64,000 nt of DNA from SAR202 cluster bacterium (GTDB lineage Bacteria; Chloroflexota; Dehalococcoidia; Lucifugimonadales; UBA2985), in the NCBI GenBank assembly GCA_009391535.1, contig VFHP01000013.1, forward strand, positions 16 through 64,015, read 5' to 3'. Below, piece by piece: positions 1 to 10,526 of this stretch. A model generated the notes under the pieces. That model was given only the letters and a program-made list of their open reading frames with translations, made no database searches and was not told where the DNA came from. Each line of letters starts with the position of its first letter. Positions within the stretch are counted from its first letter, which is position 1. The position numbers were made by a program, and so were the translations under genes.

Positions 1-235
1 CTATCTGAATCCCGTTTACAGCGGTTGAGATTGGCTTGAAAGGCCCCCTTATCTCTGATGGGGCTTCTGTTTTAATATCCCACATGTCTTGATGTGGTGG
101 GCCTCCACCTAGAAAGATGTTAATCACGGCTTTGTGTGATGTTCCCAGCCTATCCTGTGCATACATGACTTGAGGCATTGATAACATGCCAAGACCACCA
201 ACTGTCAAAAAGCTTCTTCGGGACAAGGTTAGCAT
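1..235 (-). CDS. DUF1501 family protein (5' part; runs off window edge)
   Basis: Manual translation from ATG at 235 gives [16 protein letters not shown]...[20 protein letters not shown]..., the same RRxFL and GGxxHxD/E motifs as the two upstream paralogues. Confidence 0.85.
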   Translation of the reverse strand, partial: MLTLSRRSFLTVGGLGMLSMPQVMYAQDRLGTSHKAVINIFLGGGPPHQDMWDIKTEAPSEIRGPFKPISTAVNGIQI

Positions 236-248
236 GGTTATGTTCCTT

Positions 249-1505
249 TTATATAATTAAATCTTCTATGACTTTTCCACCGTCCACAATCTCTATCGGT
301 CTGTCACCGGGAGCCATTAGCTCCTTGTCGGAAACTATACCAAGTCTGTCGTAAATGGTAGATGCCCAGTCTTCTATGTTGACTGGGTTTTCTTCTGGCT
401 CACTAGCGGTTGCGTTGGATGTACCGTATGTCATCCCGCCTTTAATTCCACCGCCAGCAATAATTGTGCTGAATACTTTAGGCCAATGGTCTCTGCCAGC
501 ATTGGCGTTGATCTTTGGAGTTCGTCCAAACTCAGAAACAACACATACTAATGTGGAGTCAAGCATACCTCTATCGCTTAAGTCCCCTATAAGTGTTGAG
601 AAACCCTTGTCAAAAGCTGGCAACTGACTCCTCATGCTTCCTGCTATATTGTTGTGCATGTCCCAGCCACCATACGTTAAGGTTACAAATCTAGTGCCAG
701 CCTCTACTAGTCTTCTTGCTAGTATCATTCTGGCTCCAGCGGTATTTCTTCCGTACTTGTCTCGCAATTGATCTGGTTCTTTATTGAGATCAAACGCCTC
801 ACTAGCTTTGACATCACCTATCAGGCTGTACGCTCTTTGGTAGAATGAGTTGACCGCATCAATAGAGTCTGCGGATTGCTTAGAGTTAAAGTCTGTATTA
901 ACTATATCAAGAACTCTTTGCCTACGGCTGAATCTCGGGGCAGGCACTGGAGTCTTTAGGTCGCGGACTTGGAAATTTGAGCTAGCTGGATCAGAGCCTA
1001 AACCGAAACCTGCGTAAGAGCTGCTTAAGTAGCCTGTGCCAGCGTATTCGTTTGGCTGATTAGGTATGCATACATACGGTGGAAGGTTATGCCTAGGACC
1101 GAACTCATGTGAGACAACGGAACCCATAGATGGGTACTGAAGCGCTGGGCTGGGGCGATAACCCGTGAACATGTTGTGTGTTCCACGCTCATGAGCAGCT
1201 TCTCCATGAGTCATGCTGCGGATAATTGATATCTTATCAGCAACCTTAGATGTATTAACAAGAAGCTCGCCAAGCCTAGTGCCGGGAACGTTAGTTTCAA
1301 TACTACCTAAAGGTCCACGATACTCAAGGGGCGCAAACGGTTTTGGGTCTAGCGTCTCTTGGTGAGCCATTCCTCCGGGCAAGTATATAAAGATTACACT
1401 CTTGGCTGGCCCCTCCTTGCTTTCATAAAACTTTTGATCACCTCTTGCAAAGGATATCCCCAATCCCCCCAAGACTCCTGCTTGTAAAAAAGATCTTCTT
1501 AGCAT
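249..1505 (-). CDS. DUF1501 family protein (Tat-like RRSFL N-terminus)
   Basis: [57 protein letters not shown] motifs. Confidence 0.9.
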   Translation of the reverse strand: MLRRSFLQAGVLGGLGISFARGDQKFYESKEGPAKSVIFIYLPGGMAHQETLDPKPFAPLEYRGPLGSIETNVPGTRLGELLVNTSKVADKISIIRSMTHGEAAHERGTHNMFTGYRPSPALQYPSMGSVVSHEFGPRHNLPPYVCIPNQPNEYAGTGYLSSSYAGFGLGSDPASSNFQVRDLKTPVPAPRFSRRQRVLDIVNTDFNSKQSADSIDAVNSFYQRAYSLIGDVKASEAFDLNKEPDQLRDKYGRNTAGARMILARRLVEAGTRFVTLTYGGWDMHNNIAGSMRSQLPAFDKGFSTLIGDLSDRGMLDSTLVCVVSEFGRTPKINANAGRDHWPKVFSTIIAGGGIKGGMTYGTSNATASEPEENPVNIEDWASTIYDRLGIVSDKELMAPGDRPIEIVDGGKVIEDLII

Positions 1506-1506
1506 A

Positions 1507-2760
1507 TTATAATATAACCTTTCCTTCTCCCTCTAATAGGTATCTAGGCCTTCCGCCTTGATCTGTCCTCTGGATTTCCTTCGGAATACCGAAGTGATCA
1601 AACATAGTGGCCGCTAAATCAATAGGTGTTACCTTGGACTCTGTTGGGTAATAAGCTTTGTCTGATTTGCCGATAACCCTACCGTGGCTATACTTGCCTC
1701 CTGATAGCAGCATAGGGGTGATTGATGGCCAATGGTCTCTGCCAGCATTCTGGTTCAGTCTAGTTCTACCAAACTCGCCGGTTACAACTAGCAAGATCTT
1801 TTCAGAAAGTCCGCTTTGATAGATGTCTTGCACAAATGCTGCAAGAGCTTTGTCGAGTGGTGGAACCCTGCCTTCAAGAGCCTTCTTGATATTTCCATGC
1901 ATGTCCCAGCCACCATAGTGAACTGTTACAAACTTGGTTCCGAATTGAGCCAGCCTTCTAGCTAGTAGCATCTGATCACCAATACCACCCTTGCCATACA
2001 TTTCACGCATAGATTCTGGCTCTTTGTCTAGGTCAAAAGCTTCTTTAGCATTTCCTAAAATAACGTTATAGGCTTGGTTGCCAATCTTAGTAAACGAGGA
2101 GGCTTGAGCAGAAGCGTTTGGATCAAACAAGTCAAATGCAGCGAGTAAATCTTTACGCTCCTTGAATCTACCAACTTCAATCCTAGGCGTGAGGTTATCT
2201 TTATTGGACGGATCAAACGGCTTGTGCGCTCCACCTAAAAATGCAGGTTGCTCGCCCTCAATCTTGCCTTGCTTGACATATGCTGGCATGCCGTTTGTTG
2301 GATGGTTGGAACCAAACACTGCTGATACAACAGCACCGTGTCCGGGATACTCAGAGTTTGCAGTGTTCTCCCTCTTGGGGTTATGATGCCCTGTCATCAT
2401 CCAGTGAGTTGCTTGGCGATGCGAGGAGTCTCCGTGTGAGAAGGAGTTTATTGCGGTGAGGTTGTCCCCTTGCTTGATTAACTCTTGAAAAAGGCCCCCA
2501 AAGGCAAGGCCATTAGTGTGGGTTACGGGGGAGGTTACCGGCTTGTATGGGTCTGGAACTGATTCAGTTGGGGCGTGGAAGGTTTCAAACTGTGTCGGAC
2601 CACCTCCAAGCCAAACCCACACCACTGACTTGTCATTGTATGCAACATTCAAGTCTTCTTCTTGCGAAAAAGCAATGTCGGAAAAGGGGGTCATTCCTAA
2701 TCCTGCGCCAATACCACCCACTCTAAGAAAATCTCTTCTGTTGAAACCTAGATCCAGCAT
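1507..2760 (-). CDS. DUF1501 family protein (Tat-like RRDFL N-terminus)
   Basis: WLGGGPTQFETF, LARRLAQFG, GGWDMH, GEFGRT, GRDHWP motifs. Confidence 0.9.
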   Translation of the reverse strand: MLDLGFNRRDFLRVGGIGAGLGMTPFSDIAFSQEEDLNVAYNDKSVVWVWLGGGPTQFETFHAPTESVPDPYKPVTSPVTHTNGLAFGGLFQELIKQGDNLTAINSFSHGDSSHRQATHWMMTGHHNPKRENTANSEYPGHGAVVSAVFGSNHPTNGMPAYVKQGKIEGEQPAFLGGAHKPFDPSNKDNLTPRIEVGRFKERKDLLAAFDLFDPNASAQASSFTKIGNQAYNVILGNAKEAFDLDKEPESMREMYGKGGIGDQMLLARRLAQFGTKFVTVHYGGWDMHGNIKKALEGRVPPLDKALAAFVQDIYQSGLSEKILLVVTGEFGRTRLNQNAGRDHWPSITPMLLSGGKYSHGRVIGKSDKAYYPTESKVTPIDLAATMFDHFGIPKEIQRTDQGGRPRYLLEGEGKVIL

Positions 2761-2789
2761 GTCAGACTCCTAATACTATACTAATTTTA

Positions 2790-3812
2790 TTAACCCGGAG
2801 CGTTATAATAACCTATACTAAATCCTTCTTTAGTACATTCTTTTACGGTCTTCTCCATACCGTGTTTGTTAAGGTGCTCCTCTATATATATACACATATT
2901 CTTGTCTGAACCCTCCCAGTTATTTTTATAATAATGGCAGAGCTTTGTACACTTCCAGTGTTCCCTCCTTGTAGACAGTGGTCTGGGGGTGTTGTTTCTT
3001 TTAATTGACTCGAAAGTTTCTCTGAGCATCTCTTTGAACTTTGCCCTGTCCTTACTATCAAAGCACATAGAGAATGGCCCGCCATCTTTTATGTAAAAAA
3101 TAGTCATTATGGACTGTTCGTACTCTGGAAAAAGCTTAGATATAGCATAATTATACAGGAGCAACTGCGGATCTTTACAAAGCTTTTCGTAAGTCTTCTC
3201 TTCCCCAGTGGCCCAATCAAGTCTACGTCCAGTTTTCCAGTCGATGACCTCTATTATACCATCTTCCGCTTCAGTTACAAGGTCTATCGTGCCCTTTATG
3301 GCAAGATTTCCTTTGATTATCTCACCATTAGGCATCTCGTACTCATACTTGGCCCAGTCTTCATCTATCTCTATGTCAAAATGAGGCTCTGAAGCCACTA
3401 CGTTTCTAGTTCTTGGGTCAAACTGCCCATCATTATATTCAAATACCACCCACACTAAGTCTAAGCAGTTCTTTCTGTCCTTGTCTGTAAATTTATTCTT
3501 GGAGTTTTTGATATAATAATCAAAGCTACGGTCCAACAAATCAACCACAAAGAAGTCGTCCATAAACTTATCTTTATGTATTTTAACTTCCCCTAGGGCA
3601 TCATCATCTGACTTGAGGAATTTTCTTTGGGGGTTATCTTGCTTGAACTTTTTTAGGTCTGCAAGTACTTCCATTACTTTATGAACTATGGTTCCTAGTT
3701 CTGCCTTCTTTCCGCTATCGGTTTGATAGCCAAGCACATATGTCAGAAAATACTGCATCTGGCAAAATGAATAATTATTATAACTCGAACTTCTTATGTA
3801 GGTGACTAACAT
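2790..3812 (-). CDS. PD-(D/E)XK exonuclease, Cas4/RecB-like, probable Fe-S cluster
   Basis: GTIVH, GTIDLV...VIDWKTG, QLLLY motifs; one N-terminal Cys plus a C-terminal CxxxC...C. Confidence 0.8.
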   Translation of the reverse strand: MLVTYIRSSSYNNYSFCQMQYFLTYVLGYQTDSGKKAELGTIVHKVMEVLADLKKFKQDNPQRKFLKSDDDALGEVKIHKDKFMDDFFVVDLLDRSFDYYIKNSKNKFTDKDRKNCLDLVWVVFEYNDGQFDPRTRNVVASEPHFDIEIDEDWAKYEYEMPNGEIIKGNLAIKGTIDLVTEAEDGIIEVIDWKTGRRLDWATGEEKTYEKLCKDPQLLLYNYAISKLFPEYEQSIMTIFYIKDGGPFSMCFDSKDRAKFKEMLRETFESIKRNNTPRPLSTRREHWKCTKLCHYYKNNWEGSDKNMCIYIEEHLNKHGMEKTVKECTKEGFSIGYYNAPG

Positions 3813-3814
3813 AT

Positions 3815-4564
3815 TTACCTCAAAAACAAATTATTGTAAACTTCATCGTACATTGTTAAGCATTCATTGAGAGGCTTGTCATTTTCCACAACCGCATCAA
3901 AGTTACTCCAATCAAAATTTTCTTTATCGAGTCCACACTCGCTGGCATGGCAGTCGTCAGATGTTTGCCTTGTTAGCCTAATAACCTTACCGCCAGCTTC
4001 CTGAATAGACTTTACCTCATTTGGGAATCTGACATCAGCTATAATTGAAAGCGCTGAACCCTCAGCTTTAATTCTGCTGATTGCATGATCAACATGAACT
4101 GTTCCATGCATACTACGCATGATATCTGTACCAAAGAATTGCATGAACTCACGGGCTGTCATGGGGCCTTTTTTATTTTTGCCTGAAGGCATGTTTTCCC
4201 ACAGCAGGTGGGGTATCTTCTCGTTCTTTCTTTCGTCTGTACCGTAAACCTGATCCGGCTTAAGGCCAAAAAATTCAACGCACAGATTTTTAAGCCCATC
4301 GGCAAAGCTGTACATTTTTACGTATGGCCATATCTCTCTCTCAGCGTACTGAACAAAAGAGGTATCCTTCCTACAAACGTCAAACTCTCCCCACCCATAT
4401 CTACCGGTTGAATCTCGCGTTTCAATAACAAGAGTCCCCGTGTCCTCCTCAATATAGAAATCTCTAGCTAGGTTGAGTTCTTTTAGGATGTTCCCGTGTA
4501 TGTAATTAGCAGTTGTGTTTTTACCCGACTGCTTCTTGCCCGATATGCCTAGTATCCTAGCCAT
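3815..4564 (-). CDS. deoxynucleoside monophosphate kinase
   Basis: P-loop GISGKKQSGKNT, SFADGLK, REFMQFFGTD, DVRFPNE. Confidence 0.85.
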   Translation of the reverse strand: MARILGISGKKQSGKNTTANYIHGNILKELNLARDFYIEEDTGTLVIETRDSTGRYGWGEFDVCRKDTSFVQYAEREIWPYVKMYSFADGLKNLCVEFFGLKPDQVYGTDERKNEKIPHLLWENMPSGKNKKGPMTAREFMQFFGTDIMRSMHGTVHVDHAISRIKAEGSALSIIADVRFPNEVKSIQEAGGKVIRLTRQTSDDCHASECGLDKENFDWSNFDAVVENDKPLNECLTMYDEVYNNLFLR

Positions 4565-5588
4565 ACAAATTACCTCCAATTTGAGTCAATATCTTAGATT
4601 CAATCAATTCAACTGGCATGTCGCCTATGTCTTTGCTTGTCATTCTTGGGAAGATCAAGTTGAACATTCTTCCCAGCCTTCTCTGTATATCAGTCTTCGC
4701 TTCTCTACCCGCCTGATCGTTATCGGTGAGTACTACGAGTGTTGTAACTTCGCTACTTGTCAGCTTGTGTATCTGTTGTTCTGTTAGGGTCTTGCCGAAT
4801 ATGCTAACGGCATTGTTAACACCGGCTTCATAAAGCCTCCATACATCTCCTTGCCCTTCAGTCACAAAGAGGCATGAGGTTGATGTTGCCACGTCTATAG
4901 CCCTGTGGTAGTTGTAGAGGAACATCCTCTTATCAAAGCCTTTTGTGAATAAAAACTTAGGCTTCATGTAGTGCTTAGTTGTTCTGCCTATGTGGGCTAC
5001 AATCTCTGACCCATCGTCGTTGTGTATCGGTATGAGAGATCTGTTATGCATAGGTGAAGATTTGTCAACACAGTCACCAACTTCAAAGTGTAGTAATGTT
5101 GACTCAGCAAAACCTCTTGTTTGAAAGTATGGCGAAGGGTGTATTACATTATACCTGACACCGGTGCTTTCTGACAACTTATTATTTTGGTGCTCGGTAT
5201 TATTTCTAAATATGTTTACCAGCTTTACAAAATCATCTGGCTCCTCAACCTTTTCCACTTTGATGTCATGGCTGTCTATGTTTAACACCTTGCACACCCA
5301 AAGCAAGGCTTCTTTAAAGCCGACAGGCTCACCCGTTGATTGAGACAAGACTCCTTGTATTAATCCAAAAATGTCATTGCCGTAGTCTTCTTGACAGCCT
5401 CTAGTCCAACATGTCCATATTCTCTTGTCTTTAGAAAGAGAGAAGGCTCGGCAGTTGTCGCTACCTTCGTGTATTGGGCACGTTGAGTATATATTGTCAC
5501 CAAGAATCTCGTATGACATGTCTAGGTTGCTTAGTACTAATTCAATATCTTTAAAGATAATTGATTTAACCTTCTTCAAGTCCATCAT
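4557..5588 (-). CDS. dnaG: DNA primase (Zn finger + TOPRIM)
   Basis: CPIH...CWTRGC zinc finger; TEGQGD and DNDQAG TOPRIM motifs; adjacent to helicase. Confidence 0.85.
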   Translation of the reverse strand: MMDLKKVKSIIFKDIELVLSNLDMSYEILGDNIYSTCPIHEGSDNCRAFSLSKDKRIWTCWTRGCQEDYGNDIFGLIQGVLSQSTGEPVGFKEALLWVCKVLNIDSHDIKVEKVEEPDDFVKLVNIFRNNTEHQNNKLSESTGVRYNVIHPSPYFQTRGFAESTLLHFEVGDCVDKSSPMHNRSLIPIHNDDGSEIVAHIGRTTKHYMKPKFLFTKGFDKRMFLYNYHRAIDVATSTSCLFVTEGQGDVWRLYEAGVNNAVSIFGKTLTEQQIHKLTSSEVTTLVVLTDNDQAGREAKTDIQRRLGRMFNLIFPRMTSKDIGDMPVELIESKILTQIGGNLYG

Positions 5589-7026
5589 CTGCAATATTTT
5601 CCAACGCTTCTTGACTTATCAAACCAGTGTCTCCAGATGGCTGGTTGTTGAATTCATTTCTAGTTTTTAGTTCCAGTAGCTTGGCGTGCTCACCAACCAT
5701 ATTCATATTTATATAGTCGCCGTCGCTTAAGCCTGCACCGTGTCTGGATACAATAGGGACAAGTTTCCTGTTTCCAGCCTTGACGCCATCTTCAGCAAGC
5801 TCTTCGGCAGACTTTAGTTTGAATATACTGAAGGATGTACACAGCCATATGAGTCTGTCTGAACCACTAACGGTTGCAGTGGTCTCGGAAGTAATCCCGT
5901 CTCTGTTTAGCTGGACAAATGACAAGCATGGGAAGTCGTATTTAACGCACAGGTTATGTAGAGATGTTATTTGGAAACCTAGAGCTTGGTACTCTTGAAC
6001 ATTGTGCGTTATGGAGTTAGATGTCATTAGCTTAAGGTAGTCATAGATAACAACGCACTCGTTTGTTCTTCCATATTCGTCTGTGCCAACCTCCTGCATT
6101 ATCCACCTTTTAATGATATTCAATATTTGTTCAAAAGGTTTACCAGCTACTGATGTGTAACTGTACGGTATGGACTCTATATGTTCTACAGCTTCAGTAA
6201 CTTTCTCAAGCTTTTCATCGTCATCGGAAAACTTTCCGGTTGCTATTTCGTTGATAGGTATGCCGCTAAGATTAGCAATGATTCTATTTAGATGGTCTTC
6301 TTTCGACATTTCTGTGTCTAACATTAGCACTGGCACCCCGTTGGACGCAACGTTCAATGCTACATTGTCAGCGAAAACACTCTTGCCAACCTTTGGTCTT
6401 GCCGATACAAGATCAACACATTTTCTTCTAAGGCCTCCCCCTATAGACATGTCGAACCTAGGAAATCCTGTTGATATACCAACTAGGTCGCACTTGTTAT
6501 CCTTAAGGAACTCTATGTAGTCGTCAGCGCCTTCACCAATTCTTTCAGGCCTTTCCCCGCCATCATCCTCTCTGAGAAAGTCCATGATAGGAGTTTCTAC
6601 CATGGCCATAATCTGGTCAACGCTCTCGCTACCGTCAACCTTGTCAGCATCCTTAGATATTTTAGATACTAGCGACTTAATTTTTCTAGCAATCTCAAAC
6701 TTCTTGATTTGAGAAGCAAACCTTGGTACATTCTCAACCTTGATAGGGAAATCAAAAAGAGATTTGATGTACTCAAGCTCTTGCTTGCTGTTTATGATAT
6801 CTGAGAAGTTAAGTTGTTCTGCCGCAGATAGAATAGAGGGCAGGTCAACTTCCGCCCCGCCCTCAATCACTCTAGAAAGGCACTTGTAGAGAACCTGATT
6901 GTTGGTGTTACCAAAAGTTTGGTGATCTATTATGTCGGATATTTCAACGTAAGCTTCGGTTCCATATCTAAGCAAGCCCGCAAGGACAGCTCTCTCGGAA
7001 CCAATGTCTGTCAAATTTGAACTCAT
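5566..7026 (-). CDS. dnaB: replicative DNA helicase
   Basis: SERAVLAGLL N-terminus, Walker A SARPKVGKS, EMS, DYLKLM, QLNR. Confidence 0.9.
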   Translation of the reverse strand: MSSNLTDIGSERAVLAGLLRYGTEAYVEISDIIDHQTFGNTNNQVLYKCLSRVIEGGAEVDLPSILSAAEQLNFSDIINSKQELEYIKSLFDFPIKVENVPRFASQIKKFEIARKIKSLVSKISKDADKVDGSESVDQIMAMVETPIMDFLREDDGGERPERIGEGADDYIEFLKDNKCDLVGISTGFPRFDMSIGGGLRRKCVDLVSARPKVGKSVFADNVALNVASNGVPVLMLDTEMSKEDHLNRIIANLSGIPINEIATGKFSDDDEKLEKVTEAVEHIESIPYSYTSVAGKPFEQILNIIKRWIMQEVGTDEYGRTNECVVIYDYLKLMTSNSITHNVQEYQALGFQITSLHNLCVKYDFPCLSFVQLNRDGITSETTATVSGSDRLIWLCTSFSIFKLKSAEELAEDGVKAGNRKLVPIVSRHGAGLSDGDYINMNMVGEHAKLLELKTRNEFNNQPSGDTGLISQEALENIADDGLEEG

Positions 7027-7050
7027 TACTTGGTAGACTCCCGGTCTTGT

Positions 7051-7425
7051 TTACCTTCCGGTACATTTATTGCATCTGTAATATTCCCCGTATGTATATC
7101 TGGGGTCAATCTTATATGTCTTACCGCATACGTGACATTCTATATCCACCTTCTTTGGTGCCCCTCTTCTTCTTGGGGTTCTGGAAACGTTTGGCGTCTC
7201 AACGTCCCTAAATTCACCTGTATCTACCCACTTATTTTCACGGGCTGTCACTTTTGTTCTCCTCGTATTAGTAGTTTGGTCATTTCTGGTTACTTTAAAA
7301 TCTTCACTGACAGGCTCTTCACCTGCTTCCGCTTCTATTTCTTCGGTCTCGCTAGCACCCAGAGCCTGAAGTAGTTTTTTCTTCTGCTCGGGTGATAGTG
7401 AGCCAACAAAATCATCCATACTCAT
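7051..7425 (-). CDS. hypothetical protein with C-terminal Zn ribbon
   Basis: CHVC...CNKC; coupled to neighbouring genes. Confidence 0.6.
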   Translation of the reverse strand: MSMDDFVGSLSPEQKKKLLQALGASETEEIEAEAGEEPVSEDFKVTRNDQTTNTRRTKVTARENKWVDTGEFRDVETPNVSRTPRRRGAPKKVDIECHVCGKTYKIDPRYTYGEYYRCNKCTGR

Positions 7426-7901
7426 AGTCTTTTACCCTTTTCTAAAAGAATGTCTCCCTTTCTCTTTAGCTCAAAAACCTTACCTTCCAGAGACTGAAGT
7501 CTGGCTTCAGCAACAACTCTCATTTGGTCGCACTTTGCAGCATAGCTGTTATCTCTAACAATGCTTTGACGCTTTACTTCATGTTTGGTATACTGATCAA
7601 AGCTGGCAAGGTTAGCAACAACCATCTTCTCTATCTGGTCATTGCACCAACTAAGCACGACCTTGTTCTTGTTGATCTCGTCCTGAATATACGAAGCATA
7701 ACCATACAGTAAGTATGCGTGGTCGAAGTGCTCTTGCTGTGTAAGTGAGGATATTGCCGAGATAGACATGTCGGCAGAGATCAGGTATTCCTCATGGAAG
7801 TTTGAAAACCTGACATTGGAAAGGTCTAAGTAGTCGTCTATTTGCTCTATGTGCTTTGACAGTCTGTCAGCCGCTTTTAATTGCATTTCGCCATTCATCA
7901 T
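7422..7901 (-). CDS. hypothetical coiled-coil protein (possible UvsY-like mediator)
   Basis: Helical protein between recA and dnaB; function is inference only. Confidence 0.45.
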   Translation of the reverse strand: MMNGEMQLKAADRLSKHIEQIDDYLDLSNVRFSNFHEEYLISADMSISAISSLTQQEHFDHAYLLYGYASYIQDEINKNKVVLSWCNDQIEKMVVANLASFDQYTKHEVKRQSIVRDNSYAAKCDQMRVVAEARLQSLEGKVFELKRKGDILLEKGKRL

Positions 7902-8289
7902 CGGTATCCGAATATTTAAGTGTTATCAATTCTATCCCGTTCAGCTCACACCAGTCAGCCTTGTCTTCATCTCTGGCTTTCGCTAACAAGAAATCTCTCT
8001 TAGTCTTATGGAAGAACGGTATGTGTTCATAATGCTGTCTACCGTGAACCTCTACCCCAAGCATTAAATTAGGTATAAAGAAATCAAGATAGAGAACCGA
8101 TCTTCTGTGGGAAGCAGTGCTGCCGGGGAGTTTGACTTCCTCTAGAATCCGGTAGCTACTATAAATCTCCTTGATTATTTTTCTGGCTCTAAGGTGGTGC
8201 TTGGATCTTCTCTTTGTGTCATTGTTGTACACGTCGTATTTGGAAAGGTTCCAAACATACTCTCTACCATTAAAGCCTTTAGCTTTCAA
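7867..8289 (-). CDS. Vsr/DUF559-like endonuclease
   Basis: LDFFIP..GVEVHGRQHY...RDEDKADWC..NGIELI pattern. Confidence 0.7.
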   Translation of the reverse strand: MKAKGFNGREYVWNLSKYDVYNNDTKRRSKHHLRARKIIKEIYSSYRILEEVKLPGSTASHRRSVLYLDFFIPNLMLGVEVHGRQHYEHIPFFHKTKRDFLLAKARDEDKADWCELNGIELITLKYSDTDDEWRNAIKSG

Positions 8290-9388
8290 TTAGAAGTTCC
8301 TTGATTTGTCTATAAACAAAATCGCAAACACCTCGGTTGGCATTCAGAAATTCCGAGAGATTATTTACACCCTGAAACTTGAAAAACTTCTCAACACTTT
8401 CATCACTAAGGTCAACATCGTTGTCGGCTAGTACTTTGGAGATTGCTGGATCTTCTTGATTTTCTAGGGCGCAGGAAATAGTGTACCAAGCTCCGGCAGC
8501 TTTTATTAACCTGAACTCACAAGCTATCTGAACTACCTCCTGAACTTCATCTATGCCAACACCATACTTAATCCAGCTCTCCGCTGTAGAGTTGGGGGTA
8601 CCTCCTGCGTTAGATGTTAAAACTTTCCAGTTAGCTATCTGTCCTACGTGTGGGCCTGTGTCTTTAGGTACTTGCCATCTGCCTCTATGGGTAATGGCTA
8701 TGTTTGTTCCAGCTTGATACTGAATCATATTACCGCCATCGGTCATCTTAGCTGGTGCCCACCTGCTACCACCAGTATTAGCGATGTTGTGTAGGATGAA
8801 TAATGCAATGGTCTTATTCTTCGTTACCTGACCCCCAATTCTCTTTAGAAACATTGATAGCAGCCGGGGTAGTGCATTTCTAACACCTGTTCTGATCAGT
8901 CCTTCCAGTTCATCTTTAGGAACCATGCTAGAGACGGAATCAACGATAATAACACACTCTGGGTCATTGTTTATGTAGATCTCAATGATGTTTAAGAAGT
9001 CTTCCGCTGAGAGAACTCTATCGTCTGTTGACTCAATGACTATAATATCATCCTTGTTCAGGCTTTCTATCCCCTCAAAATTCTGAACTGCTAGGCGACC
9101 TTCTGTATTTACGTAGATAACTTTCTTGCCTTCCTGCTGGCATTTTCCTGCAAAGTGCAAGGCTGTTGTTGTCTTTCCAGTCTTGGGGTCGCCAGACATT
9201 ACTACGCAACTACCTTCTCTGATGCCTCCACCTAAAGCTAAGTCAAGGGCTGGTGACACGCTTAGCACTGAAAGACTGTTAAGGTTTTCCAGAACCTCGG
9301 TTCCCGGTCTTACGACATCGCCGTAAGTGGAGAACACGTTGTTGCTAGTAGGATCGTTATCAAATTTATTGGTCTTCTTCTTTGCCAT
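8279..9388 (-). CDS. recA: RecA/UvsX-like recombinase
   Basis: LDLALGGGI, Walker A GDPKTGKTT, IVDSV, AGAWY. Confidence 0.9.
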   Translation of the reverse strand: MAKKKTNKFDNDPTSNNVFSTYGDVVRPGTEVLENLNSLSVLSVSPALDLALGGGIREGSCVVMSGDPKTGKTTTALHFAGKCQQEGKKVIYVNTEGRLAVQNFEGIESLNKDDIIVIESTDDRVLSAEDFLNIIEIYINNDPECVIIVDSVSSMVPKDELEGLIRTGVRNALPRLLSMFLKRIGGQVTKNKTIALFILHNIANTGGSRWAPAKMTDGGNMIQYQAGTNIAITHRGRWQVPKDTGPHVGQIANWKVLTSNAGGTPNSTAESWIKYGVGIDEVQEVVQIACEFRLIKAAGAWYTISCALENQEDPAISKVLADNDVDLSDESVEKFFKFQGVNNLSEFLNANRGVCDFVYRQIKELLIES

Positions 9389-9818
9389 CTAATTCCCTCA
9401 ACTTTTGTAATCGTGTTTTCTTTCCGTAGCCACGTCTTGTTTTTGGCTTGGAGGTTTCCTCTACCCTTATAGTAGCGGACTGAGACGTTTGTTGCTTAAT
9501 GATTTTTTCATATTTCTCAATGATTTTCGGTAAAGCTGGGTACCGAAGCGAATAAACCCTTTTGCACTCGGGTGAATTGATAGCTTTCACTATTGCGGCT
9601 TCGCTATATTTTTTAACTAATCTGTTTGCTAGCACTACTTGATGCTGATAGTGCTTCTTCCACTTAGGCAGGTTCCAGAATTTGTGCGCCTGAGATCCTA
9701 TGTTCTCTTTCTCAGCCATTCTGTTGCACATAACTTCTGCAACATATTGGGCGCATGTTATAAAGTCTCCAGTAGAGGGGGACTTGTACCTGCTGTTATT
9801 CGTCGGTTCTTTCGGCAT
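9366..9818 (-). CDS. hypothetical phage protein
   Basis: ORF overlapping neighbours in the operon. Confidence 0.6.
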   Translation of the reverse strand: MPKEPTNNSRYKSPSTGDFITCAQYVAEVMCNRMAEKENIGSQAHKFWNLPKWKKHYQHQVVLANRLVKKYSEAAIVKAINSPECKRVYSLRYPALPKIIEKYEKIIKQQTSQSATIRVEETSKPKTRRGYGKKTRLQKLRELDGKEEDQ

Positions 9819-10230
9819 GATGGTATATTATAGCTTCCTCAAAGCAATTGTCAAGTGTGTCTTCTGATTTTTCCTCTTCAACCAGCTCAGGGATGAGCCA
9901 TCTTGTTTTATGAACTACATCCCCTTTGAGCTTTCCAACGGTATAATAATTTCTAGTCCATGATCCTACTTCTCCTAAGACCGATCTCACTAAGTAAGAA
10001 CCCTCGCAATCATTCATGTCTACGGTTATCTTGTGAGATTTAAATTGCAAATTAATAGCGCTTACTGACAAGTCTTCTTGCTGGCACTTTCTTTTTATAT
10101 CAAGCCACTCCTTGTGGTTGTTAAAATATATATCAGTACCATTGGATAGGTTTACAGTTACCCATATGCACTCGCTATCACCTCTGTAGGCTTCGATAAA
10201 GCCTTTGTATGTTGTTATGAAATCAGTCAT
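9796..10230 (-). CDS. hypothetical phage protein
   Basis: ORF coupled to neighbours. Confidence 0.6.
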   Translation of the reverse strand: MTDFITTYKGFIEAYRGDSECIWVTVNLSNGTDIYFNNHKEWLDIKRKCQQEDLSVSAINLQFKSHKITVDMNDCEGSYLVRSVLGEVGSWTRNYYTVGKLKGDVVHKTRWLIPELVEEEKSEDTLDNCFEEAIIYHHAERTDE

Positions 10231-10526
10231 TTTTTAATCCGTGTAACGCAGTCCCTTTTGCTAGACTTTTTCTTGGCTGTCTTCTTATCGTCGGCCATAG
10301 AGGAAGCGTTTTCTGTCATCAGCACAATACCTTCTCTTCTGGCCATCTGACTTCCAGCGGTAATCGTTGATGAAACGGGGTCTTCTTTATCTAGTTTGCT
10401 AACAAGATTCTTTACAGTGACAAGAGGCCTATCAAGAGCTTTTGCTATATCCTCAATGGATGTCGTCTTGTAGTGGCCTTTAACGTAATATTTTTCCGCA
10501 GTTCCTAATGGTCCTTTTTTAGTCAT
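10227..10526 (-). CDS. hypothetical protein, possible HTH
   Basis: SIEDIAKALDRPLVTVK resembles an HTH. Confidence 0.55.
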   Translation of the reverse strand: MTKKGPLGTAEKYYVKGHYKTTSIEDIAKALDRPLVTVKNLVSKLDKEDPVSSTITAGSQMARREGIVLMTENASSMADDKKTAKKKSSKRDCVTRIKK

